Shown: positions 54,953-63,634 of the stretch, in pieces
Numbering within the stretch: position 1 is the first letter of the stretch
Layout of the letters: each line of letters starts with the position of its first letter
From: an uncultured Myxococcales bacterium
Lineage (GTDB): Bacteria; Myxococcota_A; Polyangia; Palsa-1104; JAEUJZ01
Direction of reading: 5' to 3'
DNA length: 64,000 bases
Assembly: GCA_964460115.1 (NCBI GenBank)
Contig: CAYWPR010000028.1
Span: 1,904-65,903 of the forward strand
Notes under the pieces: model-generated
The model's database searches: none
What the model was told of the DNA's origin: nothing
The model's input: the letters and a program-made list of their open reading frames with translations, nothing else
Made by a program: the position numbers and the translations under genes

Positions 54953-55885
54953 ATGCCAAAAAGCCTGGTCATGCATCGAAACGTCGGAATCGATTTATTG
55001 CTGGGACTTTTGCTTTTAAACGCCGCGCCGACTCGCGCGTTGGCGGATCAAAAACCAAGCAGCGATGCGACCGCGCGTGCGGAAGCCGAGCGGCTGAGCA
55101 AAGAAGGCGAGCGTTTGCTGGAAAAGCACGACGCGCAGGCAGCCATCGAACCGCTCTGCCGGGCCTATGCGCAATTCAGCAATCCGCGATTTTTGCTGCC
55201 CCTAGGCATGGCTTACGCCGAAGCCGAGCGGCCGCTTGATGCGCTTGAGGCCCTGGGACGCTTTTTAAAAGACTCCCCTTCTGTGTCAGATGCCAAGCGC
55301 AAAGAAATCGGTGCGCGGGTCGCGATCATGATGGATCAAGTGGCGGCGCTGGTTACTCTGGAGGCGACGCGCCAAAATGCCGCGGTGAAGGTCGATGATC
55401 GGCCGATTGGAATGACTCCGATTCAAACGCCGCTGCGCCTTTTGCCGGGCAAACACGAAATCATCATGCAGGCGGCGCCGACCGACCCATCAAGCGGCGC
55501 CAAAGTCCTTATCGAAGTCAAACCTGGCGAGCGGCGCACGGTGAAACTAGAGCCTGGCCCAGCGGCGCGCTTTTTAGAACCGCAAGCACAGGCGCCCCTT
55601 TTGCAGTCCACGCCGGTAGCGGACAGCAGTGCCGAGGTCAATGCGGCCAGCGGAAACTCGCGTGCAGAAAACAAACCGCTTTCTCGTCCGGTTTATACCA
55701 AGTGGTGGTTCTGGACGGCGGTGGGCGGTGGCGCGGCGGTGTTGGCTGTGGGGCTTGGTGCGGGCCTGGGCACGCGCAAAGCTTCGAACTATCCGGATGG
55801 TTTTTCCAATGTCTCGGCGTGGCCGGGCGGGCCGATTGACGGCAGAGCTTCCTCACTTTTTGCGCGGGCGGAATTTTCGCGATGA
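54953..55885 (+). CDS. Secreted TPR-like plus PEGA-domain protein with a C-terminal membrane anchor
   Basis: Signal peptide. TPR-like AIEPLCRAYAQFSNPRFLLPLGMAYAEAERPLDALEALGRFL. PEGA-like AAVKVDDRPIGMTPIQTPLRLLPGKHEIIMQA. Anchor YTKWWFWTAVGGGAAVLAVGLGAGLG. Confidence 0.75.
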   Translation: MPKSLVMHRNVGIDLLLGLLLLNAAPTRALADQKPSSDATARAEAERLSKEGERLLEKHDAQAAIEPLCRAYAQFSNPRFLLPLGMAYAEAERPLDALEALGRFLKDSPSVSDAKRKEIGARVAIMMDQVAALVTLEATRQNAAVKVDDRPIGMTPIQTPLRLLPGKHEIIMQAAPTDPSSGAKVLIEVKPGERRTVKLEPGPAARFLEPQAQAPLLQSTPVADSSAEVNAASGNSRAENKPLSRPVYTKWWFWTAVGGGAAVLAVGLGAGLGTRKASNYPDGFSNVSAWPGGPIDGRASSLFARAEFSR

Positions 55886-56313
55886 GCGCAAAAACACTCG
55901 CCCAAAAAACAAGCTGGCTCGGCGGCTGGGCGCTTTGCATAGTCAGCGTACTTTGCGGATGTGCCAAAAAAGACGCGCCGTCTAGAGCCGTCATCGATGG
56001 CTGTCAGGGGCGTTCCGAAAGCTGCCTGTCGCTGACGCTGCGCAGCGAGGAAAATATCGATCACATCGATCGGCTTGAAATCATGATCAAGCGCGCCACG
56101 GCGCCTGCGTCGCCGATGACGCCGCTTGATAAGCCGGTGGCTTTGCCGGTCAATGTCGCGGTGCTGTGGCCCGATGGGCCGGGCACAATCAGCGTGCGCA
56201 CGTACTTGCAGGCGCAAATGAACGGCGTCTCGCCAGAGATGGCGCTGGATTTGCGCAATGGTCAGCACGAACTGCACGAACTCATGCTGTTTCCACCGCT
56301 TGGCGGAAATTAA
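55882..56313 (+). CDS. Small lipoprotein, hypothetical (143 aa)
   Basis: Lipobox VSVLCGC. ATGA overlap with the upstream stop. Confidence 0.6.
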   Translation: MSAKTLAQKTSWLGGWALCIVSVLCGCAKKDAPSRAVIDGCQGRSESCLSLTLRSEENIDHIDRLEIMIKRATAPASPMTPLDKPVALPVNVAVLWPDGPGTISVRTYLQAQMNGVSPEMALDLRNGQHELHELMLFPPLGGN

Positions 56314-56316
56314 TGG

Positions 56317-57204
56317 CTACTTTTCGGTGCGGTTTCGGCCGAGTTTTTTGGCGCGCTGCATAGCTTCTTGGGTCACGCGTATCAAGGCGGGGGCATCCGC
56401 TTCGCTGTCCAAGGTGCGCACGCCGGCAGAGACGGTGATGGTGATGATTTCGTCCTCGCAGCGCACCGGCTCGCTGCAAATGGCCTGACGCAATTCTTCG
56501 CCGCGCAAAAGCGCTTGCGCATTGTCGGCTTCGGGCAATAGCAGCAGAAACTGCGTGCCTTCATAGCGGCAAAGCACCTCGAAGCGGTCGATGCGCAAAA
56601 GAGTTCGCCGCGCCAGCTCTTTTATGACCTGATCGCCGATGAGGTGACCGTGGTTTTCGTTGACCTGCTTGAGCTGATCAATGTCCAGCGCCACAAGCGA
56701 CAGCGATCTTCCATAATGCTGAGCATGCGCGACGGCGCGTTCCAATAGATCGATAAAATAGCGCCGATTGTAGGCCTGGGTCAGTTCGCAAATGACCGCC
56801 AGGCGGTAAAGCTCCTCGTGCACCGAGGACACAATGCTCGGCCCCGAGAAATATCGAAAGATGGCGTTGCCAATCTTCAGATAGTCGCCATCGGCAAGCT
56901 GGCGTTCTCGAGAAGCCTGATCATTGACATAGGTTCCGTTCGTCGATTGCAGATCGGCAACCTGCCAACCGCCCTCGTGATGGGACAGCCGCGCATGGCG
57001 CCGAGATACCGATTCGCGGTCGATTTGAATGTCCGCATCACTGCTGCGGCCGATGATGAGCTCTTCACCCGTCAGGTCGAAACGGCAGCCGACCTCCGGC
57101 GAGTCCATCGTTCCCGCATAGACTAAAAGGAGGCAAGGTTGACCACGAGCGGGCTGCCCCGAACGTAGCGAATACTTGCGTGATTTCCAGTCTTCCATGG
57201 CCAT
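56317..57204 (-). CDS. FHA domain plus degenerate GGDEF domain protein
   Basis: FHA: IIGRSSDADIQIDRESVSRRHARL...STNGTYVN. GGDEF fold: YNRRYFIDLLE...SLVALDIDQLKQVNENHGHLIGDQVIKELA. The signature reads RYEGTQF where RxGGDEF is expected. ATG 57204 is preferred. Confidence 0.85.
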   Translation of the reverse strand: MAMEDWKSRKYSLRSGQPARGQPCLLLVYAGTMDSPEVGCRFDLTGEELIIGRSSDADIQIDRESVSRRHARLSHHEGGWQVADLQSTNGTYVNDQASRERQLADGDYLKIGNAIFRYFSGPSIVSSVHEELYRLAVICELTQAYNRRYFIDLLERAVAHAQHYGRSLSLVALDIDQLKQVNENHGHLIGDQVIKELARRTLLRIDRFEVLCRYEGTQFLLLLPEADNAQALLRGEELRQAICSEPVRCEDEIITITVSAGVRTLDSEADAPALIRVTQEAMQRAKKLGRNRTEK

Positions 57205-57272
57205 CTTAGCTAACTTGCAGACTATCAGGTTTTCCCGAGAGCGAAAAGAGGCTGCTAGAATCAGGGCCTCTG

Positions 57273-57602
57273 ATGCCTGCAATTTTGTTTCAGCCTCTCG
57301 ATGTACGCATCGAATGCGCAGACGGAGAGACCGCTTTTGCGGCGGCTCGGCGCAATAATATTCCCATCCCCACCGCCTGCTTTGGACGCGGCAACTGCGG
57401 CCTGTGCCGCGTCCGCGTAGAAGCCGGAGAAGACTCGCTAGGGCCGATCACCGCCCTTGAAAAAAAGCACCTTGGCAACACCTACTTCATCACCAAGCTG
57501 CGGCTAAGCTGTCAGCTTCAGGTCTATAACCAGGGACAGGGCGAGGTCACACTTTTTGTGCCCGATGCGGTGAAGCTGAAAAACCGCCTGCCGACGCGCT
57601 AA
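57273..57602 (+). CDS. 2Fe-2S ferredoxin-like protein
   Basis: Cys cluster ACFGRGNCGLCRV ... LSCQ. About 109 aa with a beta-grasp-like length. Confidence 0.75.
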   Translation: MPAILFQPLDVRIECADGETAFAAARRNNIPIPTACFGRGNCGLCRVRVEAGEDSLGPITALEKKHLGNTYFITKLRLSCQLQVYNQGQGEVTLFVPDAVKLKNRLPTR

Positions 57603-57609
57603 AGCAACC

Positions 57610-58440
57610 TTAAATGGGCGGACTGCCGAGGGCCCGAGCGGCGCGGCGGTCGAGCAGCCAAGCCAACTCGCCGGTGGCCGGAGCGATGGCGCGAATTGGA
57701 ATTTCGGAAACTCGCGCATCGCTTTCCAGCGCCGCCGAAACGGCGGCTACTTTGTCCTCGCCAGCGACAAGCACGATGACATAGCGCGCCAGATTCAAAA
57801 GATAAGGGGTCATCGTGACGCGATTCGGCGGAGGCTTTGGTGCATCCACGATCGCGGCAATTAGTCGTTCTTTGGCCCAGGTTGCTAGCGTCGGATCAGC
57901 CCGTTCGCTGCGCAAAGGTCCGGTCGAGGGATCGTCGATGAGAAAATCATCATCGAAACCTGCTAGCAGCCGCGATCCCGGAAAAATCGACGCTGTATGT
58001 CCATCGGGTCCCATACCAAGCAGCGCCAGATCGAGGCGCGGTTCGCCGGCATCTAAGCTGTCGCGCAAAGTCTTTTCATACGACTGCGCCGCTTCTTCGG
58101 GAGCAAACTGCGTGGGGACGGCAAGAATTTGTTCTTTGGGAATGGCGACACGGTCGAGCAGCGTCTCGCGCGCCATGCCGTAATTGGAATCAGGGCTGTC
58201 TAGCGGAACCAGGCGCTCATCGCTGAAATAAATCCACACCCGCCGCCAATCGATGGCGAACTCGTCCGTCGCCAGACTGCGATATAAACGGCGAGGGGTG
58301 GTGCCTCCGGCCAGTGCCAGATGAAATCGGCCGCGCGCCGCGATGCTGCGACGGGCTACCTCAGCAATGCGCCGGGCTCCTTCGTGGGCCAGGGCTGCCG
58401 CATCATCCCCGATCCAGACTTCGGGTGCATGTCTACTCAC
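57610..58440 (-). CDS. pgl: 6-phosphogluconolactonase
   Basis: RFHLALAGGTTPRRLY, LLGMGPDGHTASIFPG. Confidence 0.85.
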   Translation of the reverse strand: MSRHAPEVWIGDDAAALAHEGARRIAEVARRSIAARGRFHLALAGGTTPRRLYRSLATDEFAIDWRRVWIYFSDERLVPLDSPDSNYGMARETLLDRVAIPKEQILAVPTQFAPEEAAQSYEKTLRDSLDAGEPRLDLALLGMGPDGHTASIFPGSRLLAGFDDDFLIDDPSTGPLRSERADPTLATWAKERLIAAIVDAPKPPPNRVTMTPYLLNLARYVIVLVAGEDKVAAVSAALESDARVSEIPIRAIAPATGELAWLLDRRAARALGSPPI

Positions 58441-58508
58441 CTTCGCACCTTCTCATCGCTTGTTTCTTCAAGGGTTTAGCTGCGTCGTGAATTCATTCGT
58501 CCACACTG

Positions 58509-59708
58509 CTAGGCGCCGGAACGAACTAGTTCCGTGCCAAGCCGCAGCGCTTCATACATCAATGGATCGCGACCGCCAACTCCCATGGCGGCAACCATCA
58601 GTTCGAAATCGGGTCGGCCGGAAACCGGCTGTATTCGCTCGGGCTGAAACGGACTTTCCAGGCAGATGCAGGGGTTGCCGTCCATGGCGCGCGCACTGTA
58701 GACATGCTCTTTCGCCGTCAAAATGACCCGTTCGATCTCGGCCGGGCCTACAGAAGGATGATGGCTGGCGACTTCACACAAGTGCAGTTTGTCGCGCGAA
58801 ATGCGCAAACGGCCAAGCAACCAGCCGCCGAGTAGATGCGCCGAAGATTCGCCGTCGGCCCCGTGATGGATGACGATTTGCTCAACATTGCGCAGCGACT
58901 CGGCCGCTGCCGGCGGATCAAACAGCGCGGCCAATAGCATGCGCCAGGGCCAAAGCCGCAACCAGCCAAGATCGGCGATTTCGATCCGTTCGCCGCGATA
59001 CATCCGCCGCATCAGCCTATATACGCGCTGCAGTGCGGCGCCATTTGGCAATTTGCCGCTGTCGAAAATAAAGCGATCCGCTTCGGGAGCCAGACGCGGC
59101 AGCCAATGATAATCGGTGCTTGGGTTGCGTACAAAAAGCGCCGTCGGAATATCCGGCAAAAGCAGTGACCGCACTAGGCCCGGCAGACGCTGCGATTCGG
59201 TGCGCGGCGCTTCCAAGGTGATTTCCTCGGCCAGAACTTCGCGCCGGCCGCTGCCGCTGCGGCGAAAGTTGGCTTCAATGGAAGCGCGCAGCGGTGATCC
59301 AGCGCTACTCGATAGCGAGGAATGGGTTTCCCCGGGCTCATGCAAGCTAATAATGCGCGCCGGTACCGATTCGGACAGCTCATCGATGAGGCGCTTTGTG
59401 CGCTTAAATTCCGCTTCGCCGTCCGAGTGAATAATCAGGTTCCACAAACAGGCGCGCGTCACCGTAAAACGCGCTCCTTCGCTTTGCGCGCGCTCGGCCG
59501 CCTTGCGCCATAGCGCGGACAGTTCCTGCTCGATGCGATCCGGCTCTACCGCGATCGAGGCCCCTAGCGAGAACGCGTCGACGCGATCTAGGCCCTCGGC
59601 CCAGCCCTCTTTTTGCTCGCGATTGCGCAAATCGCCCGATTCTGGAGTGCGCCCCGATGGTGATGGCGTTTGCGTATTTGAAGTTTCGCTGCTCATGGCT
59701 TGCGCCAT
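58509..59708 (-). CDS. opcA: Glucose-6-phosphate dehydrogenase assembly protein OpcA
   Basis: It lies immediately downstream of zwf and overlaps it by 16 nt. IEQELSALWRKAAE...TRACLWNLIIH is typical of OpcA. Confidence 0.75.
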   Translation of the reverse strand: MAQAMSSETSNTQTPSPSGRTPESGDLRNREQKEGWAEGLDRVDAFSLGASIAVEPDRIEQELSALWRKAAERAQSEGARFTVTRACLWNLIIHSDGEAEFKRTKRLIDELSESVPARIISLHEPGETHSSLSSSAGSPLRASIEANFRRSGSGRREVLAEEITLEAPRTESQRLPGLVRSLLLPDIPTALFVRNPSTDYHWLPRLAPEADRFIFDSGKLPNGAALQRVYRLMRRMYRGERIEIADLGWLRLWPWRMLLAALFDPPAAAESLRNVEQIVIHHGADGESSAHLLGGWLLGRLRISRDKLHLCEVASHHPSVGPAEIERVILTAKEHVYSARAMDGNPCICLESPFQPERIQPVSGRPDFELMVAAMGVGGRDPLMYEALRLGTELVRSGA

Positions 59709-61261
59709 CCCCGACCATCACGGCCGAGCATTTCGTCCGCTTCCGCCGGACCCCAGCTTCCAGCTTCATAAGTGGGCAGGGGACCGTTCGCCTGCTCGTC
59801 CGATTCCGCCCACGCATTCAGAATACGGCTGCAGAAACGCCATGACTCTAGCACTTCGTCGCCGCGCGTAAACAAAGTGCTGTCGCCCAGCATGCAATCC
59901 AAAAGCAGCCGCTCGTAGGCTTCCGGCGGCTCGGTGCCAAAGCTTGATCCGTAGCGAAAATCCATGGTCACCGGTCGCGGTTCGATGGTGGGTCCGGGAA
60001 CTTTCGAAAGAAATTTGAGGGTGATTCCTTCGTCGGGCTGAATGCGCAGCGCCAGCACGTTTGGCTCGCGTCCGAGCTGCGCGCCCGTGGCCCCCTTAAA
60101 CAAAGCGTGCGGAACGTTTTTAAACGTAATGCCGATTTCGCTGACCCGCTTGGGCATGCGTTTGCCAGCGCGGATGTAAAAGGGCACTCCGGCCCAGCGA
60201 AAATTGTCGATGAACAGCTTGAGCGCGACGTAGGTTTCGGTTCTCGTATTCGGACGCACCCCGGATTCTTCGCGATATCCGATAACCGGTTGGCCTTTTT
60301 CGAAGCCGGCGCTGTACTGGCCGCGCACCGTCCAATCGGCGATCTCGGACATCGGCAATTCGCGCAGGGCGCGCAGAACTTTGACTTTTTCGTCGTGTAC
60401 CGCCCCGGCCTCAAAGGCCACCGGCGGTTCCATGGCCATGAGGCACATGAACTGAAAAATGTGATTTTGCACCATGTCGCGCAGGGTGCCGGACTGGTCG
60501 TAATAATTGCCGCGGCCCTCGATGCCGATGGCTTCCGAGACGGTAAGCTGGACGTTGTCGATGTACTTGTGATTCCACAGCGGCTCAAAAATGCTGTTGG
60601 CGAAGCGAAAGACCAAAATGTTCTGAACGGTTTCTTTGCCCAGATAGTGGTCGATGCGATAGATCTGGTCTTCTCGCAGAACTTTCAGGCAAGTGTGGTT
60701 CAGTGCCTGGGCTGACTTCAGATCGGTGCCGAATGGCTTTTCGATAATCACCCGCGTCCACGGACCGCTGTCGGGATTTGCATTGATAAGCCCGGCCTCG
60801 CCGAGGTTTTTTAAGATGGGCTCAAAAGACTCGGGAGGCGTGGAAATATAAAAAACGCGATTTCCGCGCGTGCCGCGCTGCTCATCGATTTGGGCCAAGT
60901 GGGCCTTGAGGCGCTTGTAGGCCTCAAGGTCGTCAAAATTGCCGGTGACATAGCTTATGCCCGAGCCAAACGAATTCCAAAGCGCCGGGTCCACAGGCCG
61001 ACGACGCGCATACTTGTCGACCGATTCGTGCATCTGCTCGGCAAACGGAATTTCGCGCCGAGCCATGCCGACGATGGCAAAACCGGCGGGCAGCAGCCGC
61101 TCGCGCGCCAAAGTATAAAGCGCCGGGACGAGCTTGCGCTTGGTCAGATCCCCCGAAGCGCCAAAGATGACCATTGCGCACGGTTCGGGTTGACGTTCAC
61201 CGACTAGCCCCAGGCGCAAGGGATTTCCTGTATCGATGTGGGGATCGCTAACGCTCATCAA
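59693..61261 (-). CDS. zwf: Glucose-6-phosphate 1-dehydrogenase
   Basis: IFGASGDLTKRKLVPALY, RIDHYLGKE, EKPFG. Confidence 0.95.
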   Translation of the reverse strand: MMSVSDPHIDTGNPLRLGLVGERQPEPCAMVIFGASGDLTKRKLVPALYTLARERLLPAGFAIVGMARREIPFAEQMHESVDKYARRRPVDPALWNSFGSGISYVTGNFDDLEAYKRLKAHLAQIDEQRGTRGNRVFYISTPPESFEPILKNLGEAGLINANPDSGPWTRVIIEKPFGTDLKSAQALNHTCLKVLREDQIYRIDHYLGKETVQNILVFRFANSIFEPLWNHKYIDNVQLTVSEAIGIEGRGNYYDQSGTLRDMVQNHIFQFMCLMAMEPPVAFEAGAVHDEKVKVLRALRELPMSEIADWTVRGQYSAGFEKGQPVIGYREESGVRPNTRTETYVALKLFIDNFRWAGVPFYIRAGKRMPKRVSEIGITFKNVPHALFKGATGAQLGREPNVLALRIQPDEGITLKFLSKVPGPTIEPRPVTMDFRYGSSFGTEPPEAYERLLLDCMLGDSTLFTRGDEVLESWRFCSRILNAWAESDEQANGPLPTYEAGSWGPAEADEMLGRDGRGWRKP

Positions 61262-61486
61262 ATCCTCCGGGGCTTTTTAGATAGTGAAACGCATCTACGG
61301 CGCGGGCCAGACCTAGCGTGCGGTTCACGCAAGGAAGACCGGCGAATTCCGGCCCATTATCCCCCAGGAAGAAAAGAAGCGGAAGCCCTAGGAAGGTCTT
61401 TGACAACATTCTATGCATTTGGCCGTTTTGCCGCGACGTACCGGCGCGGGCCGAGCGAACCGGTCTTGTGATCGGCATCTTTGTCG

Positions 61487-61514
61487 TTGACAAATCAGCC
61501 GATCCGAATAACCT
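61487..61514 (+). promoter_or_regulatory. Candidate sigma70-type promoter for the tRNA-Gln/tRNA-Glu pair
   Basis: TTGACA (61487-61492), a 16-nt spacer, then TAACCT (61509-61514). It lies about 29 nt upstream of tRNA-Gln. Confidence 0.35.
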
Positions 61515-61542
61515 CTCTCGGGTATTTTTCTTGCGTAGTTGT

Positions 61543-61616
61543 TCGGGGATCGTCCAACGGCAGGACAACGGACTCTGACTCCGTTTATCTAGGTTCGAAT
61601 CCTAGTCCCCGAACCA
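61543..61616 (+). tRNA. tRNA-Gln (anticodon CTG), CCA encoded
   Basis: Acceptor TCGGGGA/TCCCCGA, D-arm GTCC-AACGGCA-GGAC, anticodon arm ACGGA-CTCTGAC-TCCGT, T-arm CTAGG-TTCGAAT-CCTAG, then A-CCA. Confidence 0.9.
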
Positions 61617-61633
61617 AGTGGCGTTGCCACTTT

Positions 61634-61705
61634 GGCCCCATAGTCTAGCGGTTAGGACGTTGGCCTCTCACGCCGAAAACGCGGGTTCAAGTCCCGCTGG
61701 GGTCA
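61634..61705 (+). tRNA. tRNA-Glu (anticodon CTC)
   Basis: GGCCCCATAGTCTAGCGGTTAGGACGTTGGCCTCTCACGCCGAAAACGCGGGTTCAAGTCCCGCTGGGGTCA. Anticodon loop CTCTCAC. Confidence 0.9.
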
Positions 61706-61710
61706 CTAGA

Positions 61711-61768
61711 AGGTCTAAAAATCGTCGCAAAGGTTCATTCCGCGACGATTTTTAGACCTTATTTTTTT
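61711..61768. terminator. Strong hairpin terminator, potentially bidirectional (after tRNA-Glu and after the convergent ABC exporter gene)
   Basis: 18-bp perfect stem AGGTCTAAAAATCGTCGC (61711-61728) / GCGACGATTTTTAGACCT (61742-61759), followed by TATTTTTTT. The minus-strand gene stops at 61772. Confidence 0.75.
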
Positions 61769-61771
61769 GCC

Positions 61772-63634
61772 TTAGGCTGTGAATTGCAGGCGGTAAAGCC
61801 GAGCGTAAACGCCTTGCTGGGCCAGCAGTTCAGCATGGGTGCCGCTTTCGACCACGCGACCTTTGTGAAAGACCACGATGCGATCGGCGGCTTGAATGGT
61901 CGATAAGCGGTGAGCGATAACCAATGCGGTGCGCGTACGCATGACGACGTCTAGGGCGCGCTGCAATCGTGCCTCGGTATCTGAATCGACGCTGGCCGTG
62001 GCTTCGTCCAAGATCAGGATGGGAGCATCACGGTACAGCGCGCGCGCAAACGAAAGCAGTTGCCGCTCGCCAGCGCTAAAGTTGCTGCCACGTTCATCGA
62101 CACGGGCGGAAAGCCCGCCGCGGCGTTCAAATAGTTCCCAGGCATCGATGCGGCGCAGCGCCGATTCGACGCGAGCGGCATCGGGAGTGCGGTCGCCCAT
62201 GGCGATGTTGGAAAGCACCGTGCCGGCGAATAAAAAGACTTCCTGCGGCACGACCGAAAGCAGTTGGCGCAGCTCTAGCCGCGTATACAAGTTCACATCG
62301 CGACCCATAAGGAGTACGCGACCCGACTGCGGTTTATAAAGCCGCAGTATCAAGCTGGCCACGGTACTTTTGCCGGCGCCGGTGGCTCCAACCAGGGCGA
62401 TTTTTTCACCGGGACGGGCCTTCAGACTAACGTTTTGCAAAACCGGCACGCCGGGCTTGTACTCAAATGTGACGTCTTGCAGAGCAATCGCGCTGTCGCC
62501 GTCGGCATCGCCATTTGGAACGGCTTTTGAGGCGGTGCCGGCCGGTTCGGGTTCCTCTACTTCTTTTTCATCGAGCAGTTGAAAGATGCGCTCGGCCCCG
62601 GCCAGTGAGCTTTGCAGCACGGTGTAGCGCTGCGACAGCAAGCTGACCGGTTCAAAGAATTGGCGAATGTACTGCGTAAACGTCACGACCAGCGCAAACG
62701 AAATGGGATTGGCGGAAAGCCGCTTTACGCCCACCCACCACAGCACACTGGCAATACATAGGGTGCTGATCATCTCGATCGCCGCATCCAAAACCGCTTC
62801 GTAGTAAATCGAGCGCTTATTGGCATCGCGGTAGGCCACGTTGATGTCGTCAAACTCGCGCTCCATCGCCGCTTCGCGACCATAGGCCTGGACCACGGCG
62901 ATGCCACCGACCTGCTCATTGAGAAATGCGTTGAGGCGAGCCGTTTTGGTGCGAATGTCGCGGTATGCACGTTTGCTGCCTTGCCGTATGTAATTGACGA
63001 GCAATGCGACAAGCGGCAGCATGGCAAAAGCAATCAGCGCCAGTTGCCAGTCCAAAAGCAGCATCGCGACGACGATGCCGATGAGCGAAATCAAGTCGCC
63101 CAGCGCATTGAGGACGCCGGTTCCGAAAAGCTCCGAGACGGCATCCACATCATTGGTGGCACGAGTCACGAGCCGACCGACCGGAGTTCGATCGAAGTAA
63201 CGCAGCGGCAAGCGCTGCAGAAAGGCGAAGATGTGCGTGCGCAAGTCGGCCATGCTGAGCGCGCCGGCAATCTGCATGCTGTACATCTGCGCAAAACTAA
63301 TAAGTTGTGTACCGACGGTCAGCGCCGTCAAAAACAAGCCATCGCGAAATAGCGCGCCGGAATTTTTGGCGGCAGCGTGGGCCACAAGGCTCCCCATGAT
63401 CAGCGGCCGCAAAAGGCCTAGGGCCGCGATGACTAGGAGTGCGACAAACGAAATCAGCAGATAGCGCAGATGCGGCAGCGTGAAGGGCCAAAGCCGCCGC
63501 AGTAGCAGCAAATCGTAACTTTTTTGAATTGCGTCCTCTTCATGAAAGGCGCGCAATTTGGCTTCGGCGCCGCTGCGAATGGGCTTTTTCGCATGCGCCG
63601 TATTGCTCAAGGTCGTCGCCGAAGACATCTTCAC
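61772..63634 (-). CDS. ABC exporter, fused permease/ATPase (MsbA-like type I exporter half-transporter)
   Basis: Six N-terminal TM helices. Walker A GATGAGKST, signature FSAGERQLLSFARAL, Walker B ILILDEATA. Confidence 0.9.
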   Translation of the reverse strand: MKMSSATTLSNTAHAKKPIRSGAEAKLRAFHEEDAIQKSYDLLLLRRLWPFTLPHLRYLLISFVALLVIAALGLLRPLIMGSLVAHAAAKNSGALFRDGLFLTALTVGTQLISFAQMYSMQIAGALSMADLRTHIFAFLQRLPLRYFDRTPVGRLVTRATNDVDAVSELFGTGVLNALGDLISLIGIVVAMLLLDWQLALIAFAMLPLVALLVNYIRQGSKRAYRDIRTKTARLNAFLNEQVGGIAVVQAYGREAAMEREFDDINVAYRDANKRSIYYEAVLDAAIEMISTLCIASVLWWVGVKRLSANPISFALVVTFTQYIRQFFEPVSLLSQRYTVLQSSLAGAERIFQLLDEKEVEEPEPAGTASKAVPNGDADGDSAIALQDVTFEYKPGVPVLQNVSLKARPGEKIALVGATGAGKSTVASLILRLYKPQSGRVLLMGRDVNLYTRLELRQLLSVVPQEVFLFAGTVLSNIAMGDRTPDAARVESALRRIDAWELFERRGGLSARVDERGSNFSAGERQLLSFARALYRDAPILILDEATASVDSDTEARLQRALDVVMRTRTALVIAHRLSTIQAADRIVVFHKGRVVESGTHAELLAQQGVYARLYRLQFTA

